Positions 1 through 12,409 of a stretch of 64,000 nucleotides of DNA are shown piece after piece; position 1 is the first letter of the stretch, and each line of letters opens with the position of its first letter. The notes under the pieces are model-generated. The model saw only the letters and a program-made list of their open reading frames with translations. It did no database searches and had not been told where the DNA came from. Location: positions 20,460,001 to 20,524,000 of the forward strand of contig CM052825.1 of assembly GCA_028534125.1 (NCBI GenBank), read 5' to 3'. The DNA is from Lama glama. Taxonomy: Eukaryota. The translations under genes and the position numbers were made by a program.

Positions 1-1078
1 GATTTTCAGTTATAAATGAGACGTTAACAGGTAGACAGAGGCCCTGAAGCTCGCACACGCCACGAAGCAACGTGTTGGATGGAGGGAAAACTGTCTCCCC
101 GCATTGACGGTGTATTTATAATTGAAGAGTTGGAGAATGCAAATGAAAATGAATCAACGCCAACAGGATGCCTAAGAGACCCAAGTGAGAATTATGGCAA
201 TTAAGAATGTTGTCTCAGAGGAAATTAGACCGGCCCATTAATTACAATGCCTTATAGGGAAAGAAGGCCCAATGAAATGCAGTAAATTAAAATATCAAAA
301 AGCAAATGAGTGGGAAGAGAAGATGGAAGTGCCAGCAAGAAGCTAATCTCAGAGGTGGTGGTGAGGATGTGCGCCTTGGATGTGCTCATTCCTGAGGGGT
401 AGCGACAAAGTAGGAGCCACCACCATGCCTCCCACAGAAAATCAGACTCTGCCTTAGGACGCCCTCCCCAGCCTGCTGTCCGGTCCCCACCTTTGCCCTT
501 TAAATCAGCTGCCAGGCCCACCAAAGTGAGCAGTGGTCAGCAGGCTGTCCCAGGTGACGGGGTTCCCAATGTCTCTTGTTTCAAGTTCTCAAAAAGTATG
601 CGTATTTCCTTGTCTCCTTGACTTGGCAGGGAAAAGCTTGAGCTTCCGGTTTTGATATCGATGCTAACTGATATTGATATGTTCAGGTTTTTGATATTGA
701 CCCAGACCTTCTGGACGTGGTGTCCTCTCTACTCTGTGTGTTCTCACTCTCACTCCACCACGCTTGACTAACTTCTCTGCTCTCCAGAATCCCCCTTTGC
801 CTCAGGCAGGAATTATGAGTCCTAGGAACCTCCAAACTCCCCAGTCCCTGTGTAGGACCCCATAAAACATTCTCCAGTCTCCCTGTGATGGGGACAGGTG
901 CTTTCAGTAATGAAAACTGTCCCAACTTTAATCATCCATGCTTTTTGCTACAAACACTTATCACTTGCATGATTTACTTCACGTGACTCTAAGAAATTGC
1001 TTTTTTTTTTTTTACAGTATTTAAATACTGGGGCCTCATCTGAAGCAGTATTTAAAGTGTTTAAAGACTTTAGGCTCA

Positions 1079-2082
1079 GCTCATATGACATAATAAGAAA
1101 GAAACAAACAACCCAATCCAAAATGGGCAGAAGACCTAAACAAGCAATTCTCTGAGGAAGAAATACAAATGATCGATAGGCACATGAAAAAATGCTCAGT
1201 ATCACTAATTATCAGAAAAATGCAAATCAAAACTATGATGAGGTATCACTTCACACCAGCCAGAATGGCCATCACTCAAAAGTCCACAAATGACAAATGC
1301 TGAAGAGGCTGTGTAGAAAAGGGAACCCTCCTACACTGCTGGTGGGAATGCAGTTTGGTGCAGCCACTGTGGAAAACAGTATGGAGATTCCTCAAAAGAC
1401 TAGGAATAGATTTACCATTTGACCCAGGAATCTCGCTCCTGGGCATATATCCAGAAGGAACCCTACTTCAGAAAGANNNNNNNNNNNNNNNNNNNNNNNN
1501 NNNNNNNNNNNNNNNNNNNNNNNNNNNNNNNNNNNNNNNNNNNNNNNNNNNNNNNNNNNNNNNNNNNNNNNNNNNNNNNNNNNNNNNNNNNNNNNNNNNN
1601 NNNNNNNNNNNNNNNNNNNNNNNNNNNNCATTTGCAGCAACATGAATGCTCCTGGAGAATGTCATTCTAAGTGAAGTAAGCCAGAAAGAGAAAGAAAAAT
1701 ACCATATGAGATCACTCATATGTGGAATCTAAAAAAAAAAAATAAAAAATAAAAAAAGAACATAAATACAAAACAGAAACAGATTCATATATATAGGATA
1801 CAAACTTGTCGTTGCCAGGAGGGCAGGGGGTGGGAAGGGACACGATGGGATTTCAAAATTTGTAGATACTGACAGGCATATGTAGGATAGATAAATAAGA
1901 TTATACTGTACAGCACAGGGAAATATACACAAGATCTTGTGTTAGTTCACAGCGAAAAAAAATGTGACAATGAACATACGTATGTTTATGTGTAAGTGGA
2001 AAATTGTGCTCTACACTGGAATTTGACACAACATTGTAAAATAACTATAACTCAATAAAAAATGTTTAAAAAACAAATAAAT
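1079..2082 (+). mobile_element. 5'-truncated relatively young L1 (ORF2 C-terminus, 3' UTR, A-rich tail) with 16-bp TSD
   Basis: ORF 1355-1645 ([32 protein letters not shown]) is L1 ORF2 C-terminal sequence; AATAAA plus A-rich tail near 2054-2082; TSD aaagactttaggctca (1063-1078) / aaagacttcaggctca (2083-2098). Confidence 0.95.
1477..1628. other. N-run, 152 nt, inside L1
   Basis: Directly visible. Confidence 0.99.
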
Positions 2083-2257
2083 AAAGACTTCAGGCTCATC
2101 TGAAGTAAAAACATCTGAAATTAGGGCTTTGTTATACTAATTATGTCTATTTTTTCTTATAAATATTAACATAAATGCATGATGACACAACTGTCCGTCT
2201 GGTTGCCACTCACCTCTCTCCACCTACAGCACTTCCTGCTACAGGAAGCAATATTGG

Positions 2258-2440
2258 GGTGAGAAAGCTGGACTTTGTACTAATTACACTCTGATCTGGC
2301 ATCACCACTTGCTGCGGGACCTTGGGCAAAGTTCGTTATTACCCCAGGAGCCTCCGTTTTTCAATCTGCATATAGTGTGTAATTATAGCTATCTTTCTAA
2401 GGGCTGCTTTGAGGACCTAATGGATGTATTAGGTTATATG
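2258..2440 (+). mobile_element. MIR SINE
   Basis: Core similarity: gaccttgggcaaagtt...gagcctccgtttttcaatctgcatat...gggctgctttgaggacctaatg. Confidence 0.75.
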
Positions 2441-3705
2441 TTTATTTCCTTGATTGGAGCTTCCACCTCCTTACCTCTGTGTTCAATTCTTTGAAAAGCT
2501 TAGACAAACTTGGACACCATTTCTATTGTTAATTTTGATCACAGGTCTATCTCCACAAAACATGTTTCCTTAAGTGATGATATGAACAAGGTGAGGGCAT
2601 CTGACTCTCTTTCACAGCAGAACATAAGCTCCTTGATACATGGGCAATTTTTCATGATTCTTCGCATCACTGCGATGCTTGCCTGGTGCCAAGCATATGG
2701 TAGTGTTCCATCAATACCTGCTGACCGTACTGATTGATTTCTCATCCTGGCCAGAGCATCGCCAAGTTGGGGCTCTGCTGGAGGTGAGGTGGTGAGGTCG
2801 GCCAGCTCACGTGCTTCCTGGAGCAGTCCTGGCTTCAAGACAGGGCCATGAGCAGATCCCCAGTTCTCTCTCCGGCTTGCCAACTTGGGTATCTTTTCCC
2901 ATCTGTGTTTCTATTTTTCCTGCGAGAGTAGCTTTATTGATCTCATTAATTCTCTTTTCCATCTTTGGCATCGGGAGGTGATACTATCCACGTGTCAATG
3001 CCTCCTGTGTTCTTCAAATTACAGGATTATGACGGATGGAATGATGAGAAACACTATTTTCACCAAGTCACAGTGAAAGCCATGAACTGTCCTTCATTTA
3101 AAAGGCAGAGGATTATCTGTCCTTGGGGCAGTCTGTCCGCCCAGGTCTGTGGGCTGCAAACACAGACATAAAACTTCCTCTCAGCTGAGACATTTCCAGG
3201 CAAAGCAAAGCAACAATTTCTTCACTGGAACGTTTTTTCATTTTTGAATTCCTGTAGGTGGTTATAGATTTCCTAATAAGGAGGTTTTTTTTTTCTTTTA
3301 CAGCAATTACATTTGGCTATTTTTTCTTTTTTTGATTGAAAATTAGTTTCACGAGGTCTTAAAAGAAATTATCTGAGGGCTGCTGGGGCTCAAGATTTAG
3401 AGTTCAATAAGGACTCTATAAAAAAGAACTCTGCTCTCCTGTAAAGACAAGAAAAAGTCTCTCTTACGCACGGTCTTTTAGTTCGATAACTAATTAAAAT
3501 CACAACTATCACCAACAGAAAAGTTTCTCCTGATCTTATCTGATGCTTAGAACTCTTTACAAGAGAAGGAGAAAGACAAAGGAGAATAGGTAGCTTCTCC
3601 ACAGACACTGAGTCCCCCAGAGCTCGGTCTCCCCAGAGCTTCGGAGAGTATCTAGAACAGAGTAGGCACCTCACAGATGTTGACAATGGAACCAAATGAA
3701 CAAAC

Positions 3706-4810
3706 TTTCTTTTCTTTTAAAAAACTGCACTGAAGTATGATAAGGTAGGTACTCAAAATGGCGGGCATCCAAAGCGTACAATTAGATGAATTTCTACAAA
3801 CTTGAATTTACCCTCGTAACCAGAACCCAGATCAAGAAACAGAACACTGCGGTAACCCCAGAAGTTGACTTCAAGTCCCTGTCCAGTGGTGATCCTCCAA
3901 ACCTAACCCCCATCTGGACCTCTAACAGCACAGAACTCTCTGGCTCATTTTGCACTTTACATAAATGGGATGGTACAGTGTGTCTTCTTTTGTGACTATA
4001 TCCTTTCCTTCAACATCATGGTTCTGAAATTCATCCCTGTGGATGCTTGTGGTTGCAACTGGCTCATTCTAACTGCAATAGAGTATTCTCTCCTGGGTGC
4101 TATGGACTGAATGCATGCTGTGCACCCCCAAGTTATATGTTGAAGCCCTAATCCCCAGTGCAATGGTATTTGGAGGTGTGGCCTTTGGAAAGTAACTAGG
4201 GTTGGATTAGGTAATGAGGATGGGACCTTCATGATAAGAGTGATGCCTTATAAAAAGCCTCAAGCCCACACAAGGAAAGGCCATAAGAAGACATAAGAAG
4301 AAGACAGCCATCTGGAAACCAGAAAGAAGCCCTTTGACAGACACCCAGTCTACTTGTACCTTGATCTTGGACTTCTCAGCCTCAAGAATTATAAGAAATA
4401 AATGCTTCTTGTTTAAGCTACCCAGTTTATGGTATTTTGTTATAGCAGCCCCAGCTGACTGAGACAATGGGAATATTCCACATTTGATTTATCCATTCTA
4501 CTGTCAATGGCCATTTGTCAATTTCCAGTTTGGCGCTATTATGAAATGTACCAGTTCACATCACTTAACATGTATGTTTTTTCTGTGGGATGATATCCCT
4601 GGGAATGGAAATGCTGGGTCATAAGGTGTGATATTTTCAGCCTTTGTAGAAACTGCCAAGTATTTTTGTCAAAGTGTTTGTATCAATCAATACTCCCAGA
4701 AACAGTGTATGTGAGTTCAAGTTACTCCACGTTCTTGCCAACACTTGATGTTGTTGGTCTTTTTAATTTTAGTCATTTTGGTGGGTGTGTCATGGGATCT
4801 CATTGTGTAA
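3706..4810 (-). mobile_element. Old L1 (L1ME/L1M-type) 3' end, interrupted by an MLT1A LTR
   Basis: Minus-strand L1 3' UTR/ORF2-end motifs (accagaacccagatcaagaaacagaac; ttatccattctactgtcaatgg; tttttaattttagtcattttggtggg); colinear across the LTR. Confidence 0.8.
4098..4466 (+). mobile_element. MaLR solo LTR, MLT1A-type
   Basis: TGctatggactgaatg...gctgactgagaCA, about 370 bp, AATAAA near the 3' end; 5-bp TSD ctggg/atggg. Confidence 0.9.
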
Positions 4811-4834
4811 GTATGTGTGTGTGCATATGTATGT

Positions 4835-5365
4835 GTTTTTTTTTTTTTGAGATAATTGAAGATCCACATGCAGTCACAGGAAAGGATACAAAAAGTATAC
4901 TCTTTACTCACTTTCCCTCAATGGTAACATCTTGTGTGACTACAGTACAATATCACACCCAGGAAACTTACATTGATACAATTCACTGAACTTTGTCAGA
5001 TTTCATCAGTTTTACATGTACTTATTTGTGGGTGTGTTATCAGTTTTATGTAATTTTACCATAATTTCACTATATGTGGACTCAACGACCACCTCCACCA
5101 GTCAGGACACAGAACAGCCTAACACAAGGCTCTCTCCTGCTATCTTTTCTATACACTGCTACCCTGCCCCACACCCTGTTCCCTGCAACCACTAATTTGG
5201 TCTCCATCTCTCTAATTTGCCACTTCAAGAATGTAATATATGACTCATACAGTATGTAACATTTTGAGATTTTTCTTTTTTTTATACTTAGCGTAATTCT
5301 CTTGAGGGCCAGCCAAGTTGTTCCATGGATCAGAATCATTCCTTTTAATTGCCGAGTAGCACTCT
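4835..5365 (-). mobile_element. L1MC-type 3' end
   Basis: Poly-T then gagataattgaagatccacatgcagt...cctcaatggtaacatcttg; ORF 5082-5414 (HGTTWLALKRITLS) is the ORF2 terminus. Confidence 0.8.
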
Positions 5366-5474
5366 GTGAATGAGCTTTTGAAAAGAGAACAAGCATTCGT
5401 TCCCAAACAATCATTTATAATGGCTTAATTGATTTCTTTTATACTCGAGGGATGATAAACTAGGTTTGCACATG

Positions 5475-5870
5475 TTCTTTCATTTGTTCATTAAGTCAAC
5501 CATTATTTTTTAAGTGCCAGCTGCATGCCAAGCATTGCGCTAGACCCTGGGCACACAAGAGACACAACAGGGCTCTGCTTTGTAGGGATTTTTCTCGGGT
5601 CTTTGTGGGGGAGAGAGACATGTATATAATGAGAGAATACAGTATCACAGATGCCAAGACAGTTATGTGTGCATTTCATTTAAGAATAAAGAAGGAAATC
5701 ACTGACTTTATGAGAATGGAGATGGAAGGTGAGTCCAGGAGATACTAGGCATGACATATAAGGCAAGTCTTGGAAGATGAATAGTTTGCCTGATGGCTGT
5801 GGATGAGAGAGGAAGCAGGAGAAAAAGGGCTTTTAGAGCAGAAAGAACCGTTTGGGTATAAAATGGCTGT
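5475..5870 (-). mobile_element. L2 fragment
   Basis: (ttca)n-like tail followed by attattttttaagtgccagctgcatgccaagcattgcgctag. Confidence 0.65.
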
Positions 5871-6229
5871 GATAAGTAGTCTCTACCCAATGCAGAACCC
5901 AGCACACCGTGGCTAACTAAGCCGGAAAAGCGGGTGGGGCTGTTGAGGGGATGGAGAGTTGCAGAATATCACCGTCTTTCAGGAGCACACGTCTTTATGG
6001 CAGACAGTCCCAAGCTGCTGCCCAGATGCCATCAGCAGAGTCCTAAGATACCTCAAGTCTTGTGGACTCAGCCACACTGACTTTGCAGTGCCTCCAAGAC
6101 CCCTGCGTTAGACATGGCCAAAGACAAATGCTCAACTTACACACCTTTCACAGCTCTGTCTCTGGAATGTTTACCTCCCAGGTGTGCGTAAACATCCATC
6201 CACCAACTTTGATGTTAAACGATCAGCTT

Positions 6230-6694
6230 ACTCAGCCATAAAAAGGAATGAAATAATGCCATTTGCAGCAACGCGGATGGACCTAGAGATGATCACACTA
6301 AGTGAAGTCAGTCAGTCAGAGAAAGACAACTATCATATGACATCACTTGTATGTGGAGTCTAAAAAAATGTCACAAATGAACGTATTTACAAACCAGAAA
6401 GAGACTCATAGACACAGAAACAAACATATGGTTGCCGGGGGGAAAGTGGGGAGGGAGGGATAACCTGGGAGTTTGGGATTGGCTGATACAAACTACTATG
6501 TACAGAATAGATAAACAAGGTCCTAGTGTATAGCACCCGGGGAACTCTTATTCAATGGCTTGTAGTAAACTGTAACAGAAAAGAGTAAGTATGTGTATGT
6601 ATAACTGAATCACTGTGCCGTGCACCAGAAACTAATACAACATTGTAAATCAACTATACTTCAATAAAAATTTTTTTAATTAAAAAAAAAAAAA
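6230..6694 (+). mobile_element. 5'-truncated L1 (ORF2 end, 3' UTR, poly-A)
   Basis: actcagccataaaaaggaatgaaataatgccatttgcagcaac...aataaa...A13; degenerate TSD aaacgatcagctt / aagcaataagctt. Confidence 0.92.
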
Positions 6695-6794
6695 GCAATA
6701 AGCTTCTTTCTTGCTCCTTGGCCTGAAATGGGAGTGAGGAGAATTCCTCGAGTGACATCATATCAGTATTTTTTGCTGCTGCTGCAGGACAGGC

Positions 6795-6975
6795 ACTGCT
6801 GCATGCCATCCAAATAGCCCCTCCTCACAACAGCCCTCTACTCTAAGGAAGTATTAATATTATCACCCCCAATTTTTAGACAAGGAAATTGGTTAAGTGA
6901 CTTGGTCAAGGTTACAGAACATACGAAAAGCAGGGGCAGGTTATAACTGCGTTAACAGTCTTGGGAGTCCATGCT
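6795..6975 (-). mobile_element. MIR SINE
   Basis: ctcacaacagccct...attatcacccccaatttttagacaaggaaa...ggttaagtgacttggtcaaggttacag. Confidence 0.75.
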
Positions 6976-7479
6976 CTAGTGGTTGGCAGACTCATGGAGA
7001 GGAGGGTGTCGGAACTCTTCCGAGACCTGAGAGGTCTCTGGGACACTGGGTTCAGCCAAGGTGGGGACAGCTCACCCGGCCGGAGGAGCTGACATGCCTG
7101 GAGATCTAGAGGTCATGTTCCTACTGCCTCAAAGCAAACTCAGTTCTCCTTTTAAGAGGTTAGTAGGCTGAAATTAAAGTTCCCGCTAGTCTACTATGCA
7201 TCTAAACCAACACACTTAAACCAAGCCTTATGCGATCATGACAGTTTTCAGCCCACAAGCAATTCCTAATTTACTCATCTGAAGAGAGTTCCACTACTTG
7301 GTATATAAAAGTGAGGCCAAACCCATACCCAAAAGGGCATTTTCTCTGGCTACAGTCCTCTCTTCCATCTCTGGATATTGGCACATGCTGGTCCCACCTG
7401 GATTGTTCTGCCTTGTCCGTCTCCCCCTTGTCTTCATCCGGTTTCCTCCTCACCTCCTTAGGATTCCAGCCCACGTGCC

Positions 7480-7785
7480 ACGACCCAGGGCCATCCACCG
7501 TGAATCCCCAAGCTGGTTCAGAGCTCCTTGTTGCATGGCTGCATAGTACCTTCCATTTTTCCCTCTGAGTTCTGATCACAATTTATAATCATATATTGAC
7601 AGGATTATCTACTTAATAAACATTTTTTTCTACTAAAATATAAGAGTAGGAGAACTGAGACAATGTTTATTTTTGCTTAGCATTTTATACCTATGGTGTA
7701 GTATCTGGCATATAGCAGGTACTCAATAAATGCTTCCTGAGTGGATGAAGGAGAAACTGAGGGGATGAATGAATGAATGAATCAC
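7480..7785 (+). mobile_element. L2 3' end
   Basis: tatctggcatatagcaggtactcaataaatgc...(gaat)n tail. Confidence 0.75.
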
Positions 7786-8739
7786 CAAAGCTTCATCCAA
7801 AAGGATCTGGTGTCCTGTAACGGCACCAATTCCTTGCAATGTAGTGTTGGTGCCCTAGACTTCCTGGACACCCAAGGCATAATCTTTCAGATGAACGCAG
7901 GAGGTTCCCAGGCTTCTGGGAGCCCAGCCAAGCCCAGCCCAGCCTGCCTGGCAAGTCTGTATTTCAGTTCCCCAGTCTGATTTCCATCATCATCCACTGC
8001 AAGTGGGAGTTGTTGATTTTCTTTAATTAAGGCTGGAAGGATGGCTTCCTGAGTGGGTAATGTATTTCCGGAGTTCAGTATTTCATCCTCACAGCCCACA
8101 TTTCACTCAGAAATGGGCCAGATTCATTAGAAGAATGGCCAGACGGCTTCCTCTTTGGTTGCTTGTTTGCCTGCGTTTAATGAATGAATAAATAACATGC
8201 CTATTCATTACCAATTGCTGGGTTCCCTCATCTGCCTGGAACAATGTTCTTCTGCCTCGGTCACTGCAGTATTTCCCAATCAGTGGGCCACAGGCGTCCT
8301 CCAGGGGCTGGTCATCACCTCCAGCTCACCTCTGAGAGAAGCAATCACTCTTCTGACCCTCCAGGGTCCCATTCAGTGCACTGGGAATGTTCCTTTATGG
8401 AAGGAGGCCCTGGGACCCCAAGAAGTCAATGAGACTTGTAGGCCCATTAGTTCTCTGAGCACACTCTGGGGGCACCTGGAACATTATAATATAATTACTA
8501 CTAAGAAAGTCTAAATTCCTACGTACTGTGCCAAAAACGCACAGACAGACGAGAATGTGCTCAGCGGTGCTCTGTGGACATGGGCCTCCCTCCGGCCACA
8601 GGCAGCCTGGAGGGCAGTCATAGTGACCCCTGGTTGAAAAAAGGGGCAAGAGACCCCTGAGACATCATCCCTCGTCTCTGAATCAGCAGCAATCATTTGC
8701 CAAGTGCCTACGCTGGGCATGAACCCAAGATGACTGGAT

Positions 8740-9715
8740 GCCTCATCTCCATCCCGGTCTGTGCAGTTGCTGCTCAAATGGCCTCCCAGCCTCTTTCACT
8801 TCCTCTGCTGGCTTTACTCTCTCCACAGTTGCGCAATGGTCTTCCAAAAACACATACATCATCATCACACTCTCGGGCCAGGAATCCAAAGGCCCCCCAT
8901 TGATTACAGGATTCAGCACAAAGTCCTTTGCGTGACCCACAGGGCCTTCCCGGGGCAATTTGGCCGTTGCCTATGTCTCCAGCTTCATTTCTCGCTCCCT
9001 CTGTCCCACTGAATCACCTGCCTGCCACATGAAATGATGTGCAGTCCCTTGAATATGGTCCCTGTTTCCCACCTTCGAGCCTCTGTCCACACATTATTCT
9101 CCACCTCTGCCTTGTGACCATCGTGCATTCTTTGAGATGCTAGATCAGGGACTACAAATTCCAGTCCCTAGAGAGGACAGGCAAGTGCCATAACTTTACA
9201 GTGGGAGCCATGAGTAACAATAGGGTGTGGTGGGGAGTGTGGCAAACTGGAGAATGCCTGCCTTCTCTAAAAGGAGCAGTTACCACTGAGCAACACCTAA
9301 GTGTGGCATGAGGGGATGCAGGGCCCAGTGTTTTCAGATCCATTGTCTTTCAAAAGAAGTGGGAAATCTGAATTTTTATTTGAAATCTTCCAATTTTTAA
9401 AAATGGGAAACCTCTTAGTTTAATTTTTAGGATTTGGGGGCCAACCAGAGCAGCTCTGGGCTCTAAGCAGAGTTCATAGATGTTAACCCTTGACTTCTAG
9501 CCAACACTCCTTCTTGTCTTGGAAGGGTTAGTAACACAGCACCTCTTCAGTGAAGTCATCTCTCCTTTGTGTCTGCGTTGTAGCCCACGGCTCAACTGAG
9601 AGCTTCACGGGCCAACCTCTGTGTCTCTGGAAGTTAGTGTAGCACGTGGCACACAGTGAATGCTCAGTAAATGGAGGATGGATAGACAAGCAAACAACTG
9701 AATGAACAAATAAAT
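8740..9715 (+). mobile_element. L2 fragment interrupted by MER102
   Basis: L2 3' region motifs at 8740-9140 (ccattgattacaggattcagcacaaagtcctttgcgtgac) and tail at 9640-9715 (gtggcacacagtgaatgctcagtaaatg). Confidence 0.65.
9146..9500 (+). mobile_element. hAT-Charlie MITE, MER102-type
   Basis: caggga...tgtggcaaactggagaatgcctgcc...gggcccagtgttttcagatc...gaaatctgaatttttatttgaaatcttcc. Confidence 0.8.
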
Positions 9716-10084
9716 AAAGACTGATTTTTTTTAAGCTTATAAATCATACCCACTTCAGAAAGACTGAAGTCTATTGTCATATCTTTTTTAATGGTCAGGA
9801 AAAGAACAATCTTAGACAGCCAGCCTTCAACCCTGGTCATAAGAGGGGTTGGCATCCACTTGTGAAAAGCAATTTGAGAGAGAACACTCAGTCCCATTGC
9901 CTAAAAATATCCACCACCTATTGGATCTGAAATTCCACCATTAACACCTCAGTGGATTACATCATAGAATATTACCTTTGGAGGCATCCTTGGGGAACTA
10001 GCCCTTCCCTGGCAGGAAATGTAAGACGTATTGTCTGCTCCTGAAAGTTAGTATCAGAATGTCCTAAGTTCTTTTCCCATTCAT

Positions 10085-10210
10085 GCGATCAGCTTGTAGT
10101 GTGACCTCAGACAACTCACCTCCCTTCTCAGGAGACTGCTTCCCCATCTGCAAGGAAAGAATTCAGGGAAAGTGATGTCTGAGATCTCCATCATTCTTGA
10201 CATTTGATGT
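10085..10210 (+). mobile_element. MIR/MIR3 fragment
   Basis: gtgtgacctcagacaactcacctcccttctc...cttccccatctgcaag. Confidence 0.6.
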
Positions 10211-10229
10211 GAAACGAAATGAGATAACT

Positions 10230-10545
10230 GCTGTCTTAGAAACTCAAATGTCAGTAGGAATCCGGTAAGCGAATGACATGGGCTGGGTGTGGAATCTGGC
10301 AAACCGGGAACCCCTGGCCCGTCTGAAGAGGACAGCCTCTGGGTAACCCCAGCAGACTACTGCCAGGTGCACATATCACCCCAGAGATACCTGACCGTCT
10401 GCTTTTTTAAAGAGAAGCCATCAATCCTTTATTTTATATACAATATACCAATTGTTTAAATGTTGGCAACGAAATCAGTGCAACCAACCAACTGACCAAA
10501 ATAGTGTTGGCCAAACAAAACATTTCTTTTGATGACATCTGACCC
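10230..10545 (+). mobile_element. MER102-type MITE
   Basis: aaactcaaatg...ggcaaaccggg...aagagaagcc...tttaaatgttggcaac; homologous to the copy at 9146-9500. Confidence 0.7.
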
Positions 10546-11217
10546 ATCTCTGAACCAGTCCCTGTGAGGAGGGGGATGACAGCTGATTGACTAAACCTGC
10601 ATTGCAGGTAGACAAAAGCTACAAATACTTACTATAAGGCACAGACTGAAAAAAGACTAATATCGCTAGGCTCCCCCTGGCTTTTTCCTTCCTAGCGCCA
10701 TGCGTTGTTTGGCTTGAAATTGTTTGGAAAAAAAACCATCTACCTATGGTACGTTGATCTTCCCTTGTCCATGCAGGATTTCTGCAGCCTCTTCTCAAGA
10801 AGGAGGTGGTCCTTCATGACCCATGTGTTCCCACCTCTAAAACTGCCCGCCACAGAGCAATGCTGTTCAGGGAGACTCTGGCTCATGTCTCAGTAATTCT
10901 GACTTCTCAGGGGCTGGCTTGTGTTTATGTTCTTCTCTCCTAAGCATACATATTTCATTCCTGCAGCTTTTTCACGTGGGCAAAATCTGTGGTACAGGCA
11001 CCAGATCCCTCTTGTGCGCTGGCTCCCTCCTGATTAACTCTCTTTATATAATTTATTTTGGTTGCCTGTTTTCCATTTGGGACATCGATATACATTTAAA
11101 TGAGAAGTGAGAGTATTTGCGGCCACTTCAATTGTTGATCAAAATTCTAAGGTCAGGGCTGCTGAGTTTTGTCTTGCAGATGAGCTCTCGATGGGATCAA
11201 CTGGTTCTCACCTGCCC

Positions 11218-11350
11218 AGAAGAGGGGAGAGATGCAGAGGGAGGGAGTGGGGGAGGAAGGAAGGAAAGACAGAAGGAAGTGGAGAGGGAGGAGGAAAGGA
11301 AAAGAAAAAGAGGGTGGGAACAGAAAAGAACAGAAAGAAAAGAAAAAGTG
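11218..11350. repeat. GA-rich low-complexity tract
   Basis: Purine-rich run (gaagg/gaaaa units); explains the K/E/R-rich ORFs at 11107-11397. Confidence 0.9.
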
Positions 11351-12409
11351 GCCAAACCAGCTTTCTAGTTTGGTTGGCAAATGCCAAGCACTTCTAGCCT
11401 TTGGCTAAACTTTTATCCAGATACCTGCATGCTGAGACCAGACTGGAAGTAAGCCACTCAGGATTTTGCTTATACTGGTTCCCAGGTAAAGCAGGAAGAC
11501 ACTGCCAGCTCGTTTGCGCACAAGTATTTATCTGTCAGTGCGTACTTCAGGCAGCGGGCAGGAACTGACTGCACATTTCAAGCTCTTTCAGGAGCTTCTG
11601 GTGCCCTTCCCACGGGGTTGGTGCGTGATTATCCAGGACACGACTGGTTTCACCAATGCTGAATGATCGGGCCACTCAAGATGGTTGTCCTCTTGTTCTT
11701 TGTACATCCTCTGCTCGACCACTCCCTGCTTCACTCACATGACTATACAATCCTATTAATTTTAGGGCTTAATCAGTAACTGTCTATGTGCTTGCCCCCG
11801 CCCTAGCCGCTGGTTTTCCTAGTAACGAACGCTGAACCAACCTGATGTTAATTCCCTCTATGAATGGTAGCCTCCTTCCCCCACAAGGAGCAAAGACTGT
11901 TGTCATGTCCTGCTTGCCCTCTGCCGTACATGGTGGGTGTCACTCCAGGACCTTTGTTTAGGATGCGTAAGATCCTCATCCAGCAAACTGTTGACGTCTC
12001 TGACTGTGTCTCTGGCTTTTTCTCTGGTCTTGATTCTGGACAACTACAAGGCTTGCAAGCCTGCAGGCTGCAGCCCAACAGATGCTCTCAAAGGTGATGG
12101 GGCTTGCCAGCCCAGTGTTCCTGCCCTGGACTAAATCCTGTGCACTTGGGGGTGGAGGGAGGTAGAGTCCTTTTGTCTAGAGTCGGTGGCCTCCTTTGCC
12201 TTAGTTCTCACTCCAGACACTGCCTGCTTTTTAGAGAGGAGCAGATGGTTATAGAAGGCATTTTTCCAAGGAGACTATGGCCAGGTCTTGGCACACATAT
12301 GGCCAATCAGAGGCATGGTTTGACTCTGCCTTTCTGAGGTTCCACCCAGGCCGGTGATTCTGTCCTCAGTGCTGACTGTGGCATCTCAATCGATGGGGAA
12401 GGCTATGGC

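Noticed and set aside
11107-11397. Lys/Glu/Arg-rich ORFs resembling a nuclear protein
   Set aside because: They are translations of a GA-rich low-complexity tract; the same applies at 30400-30520.
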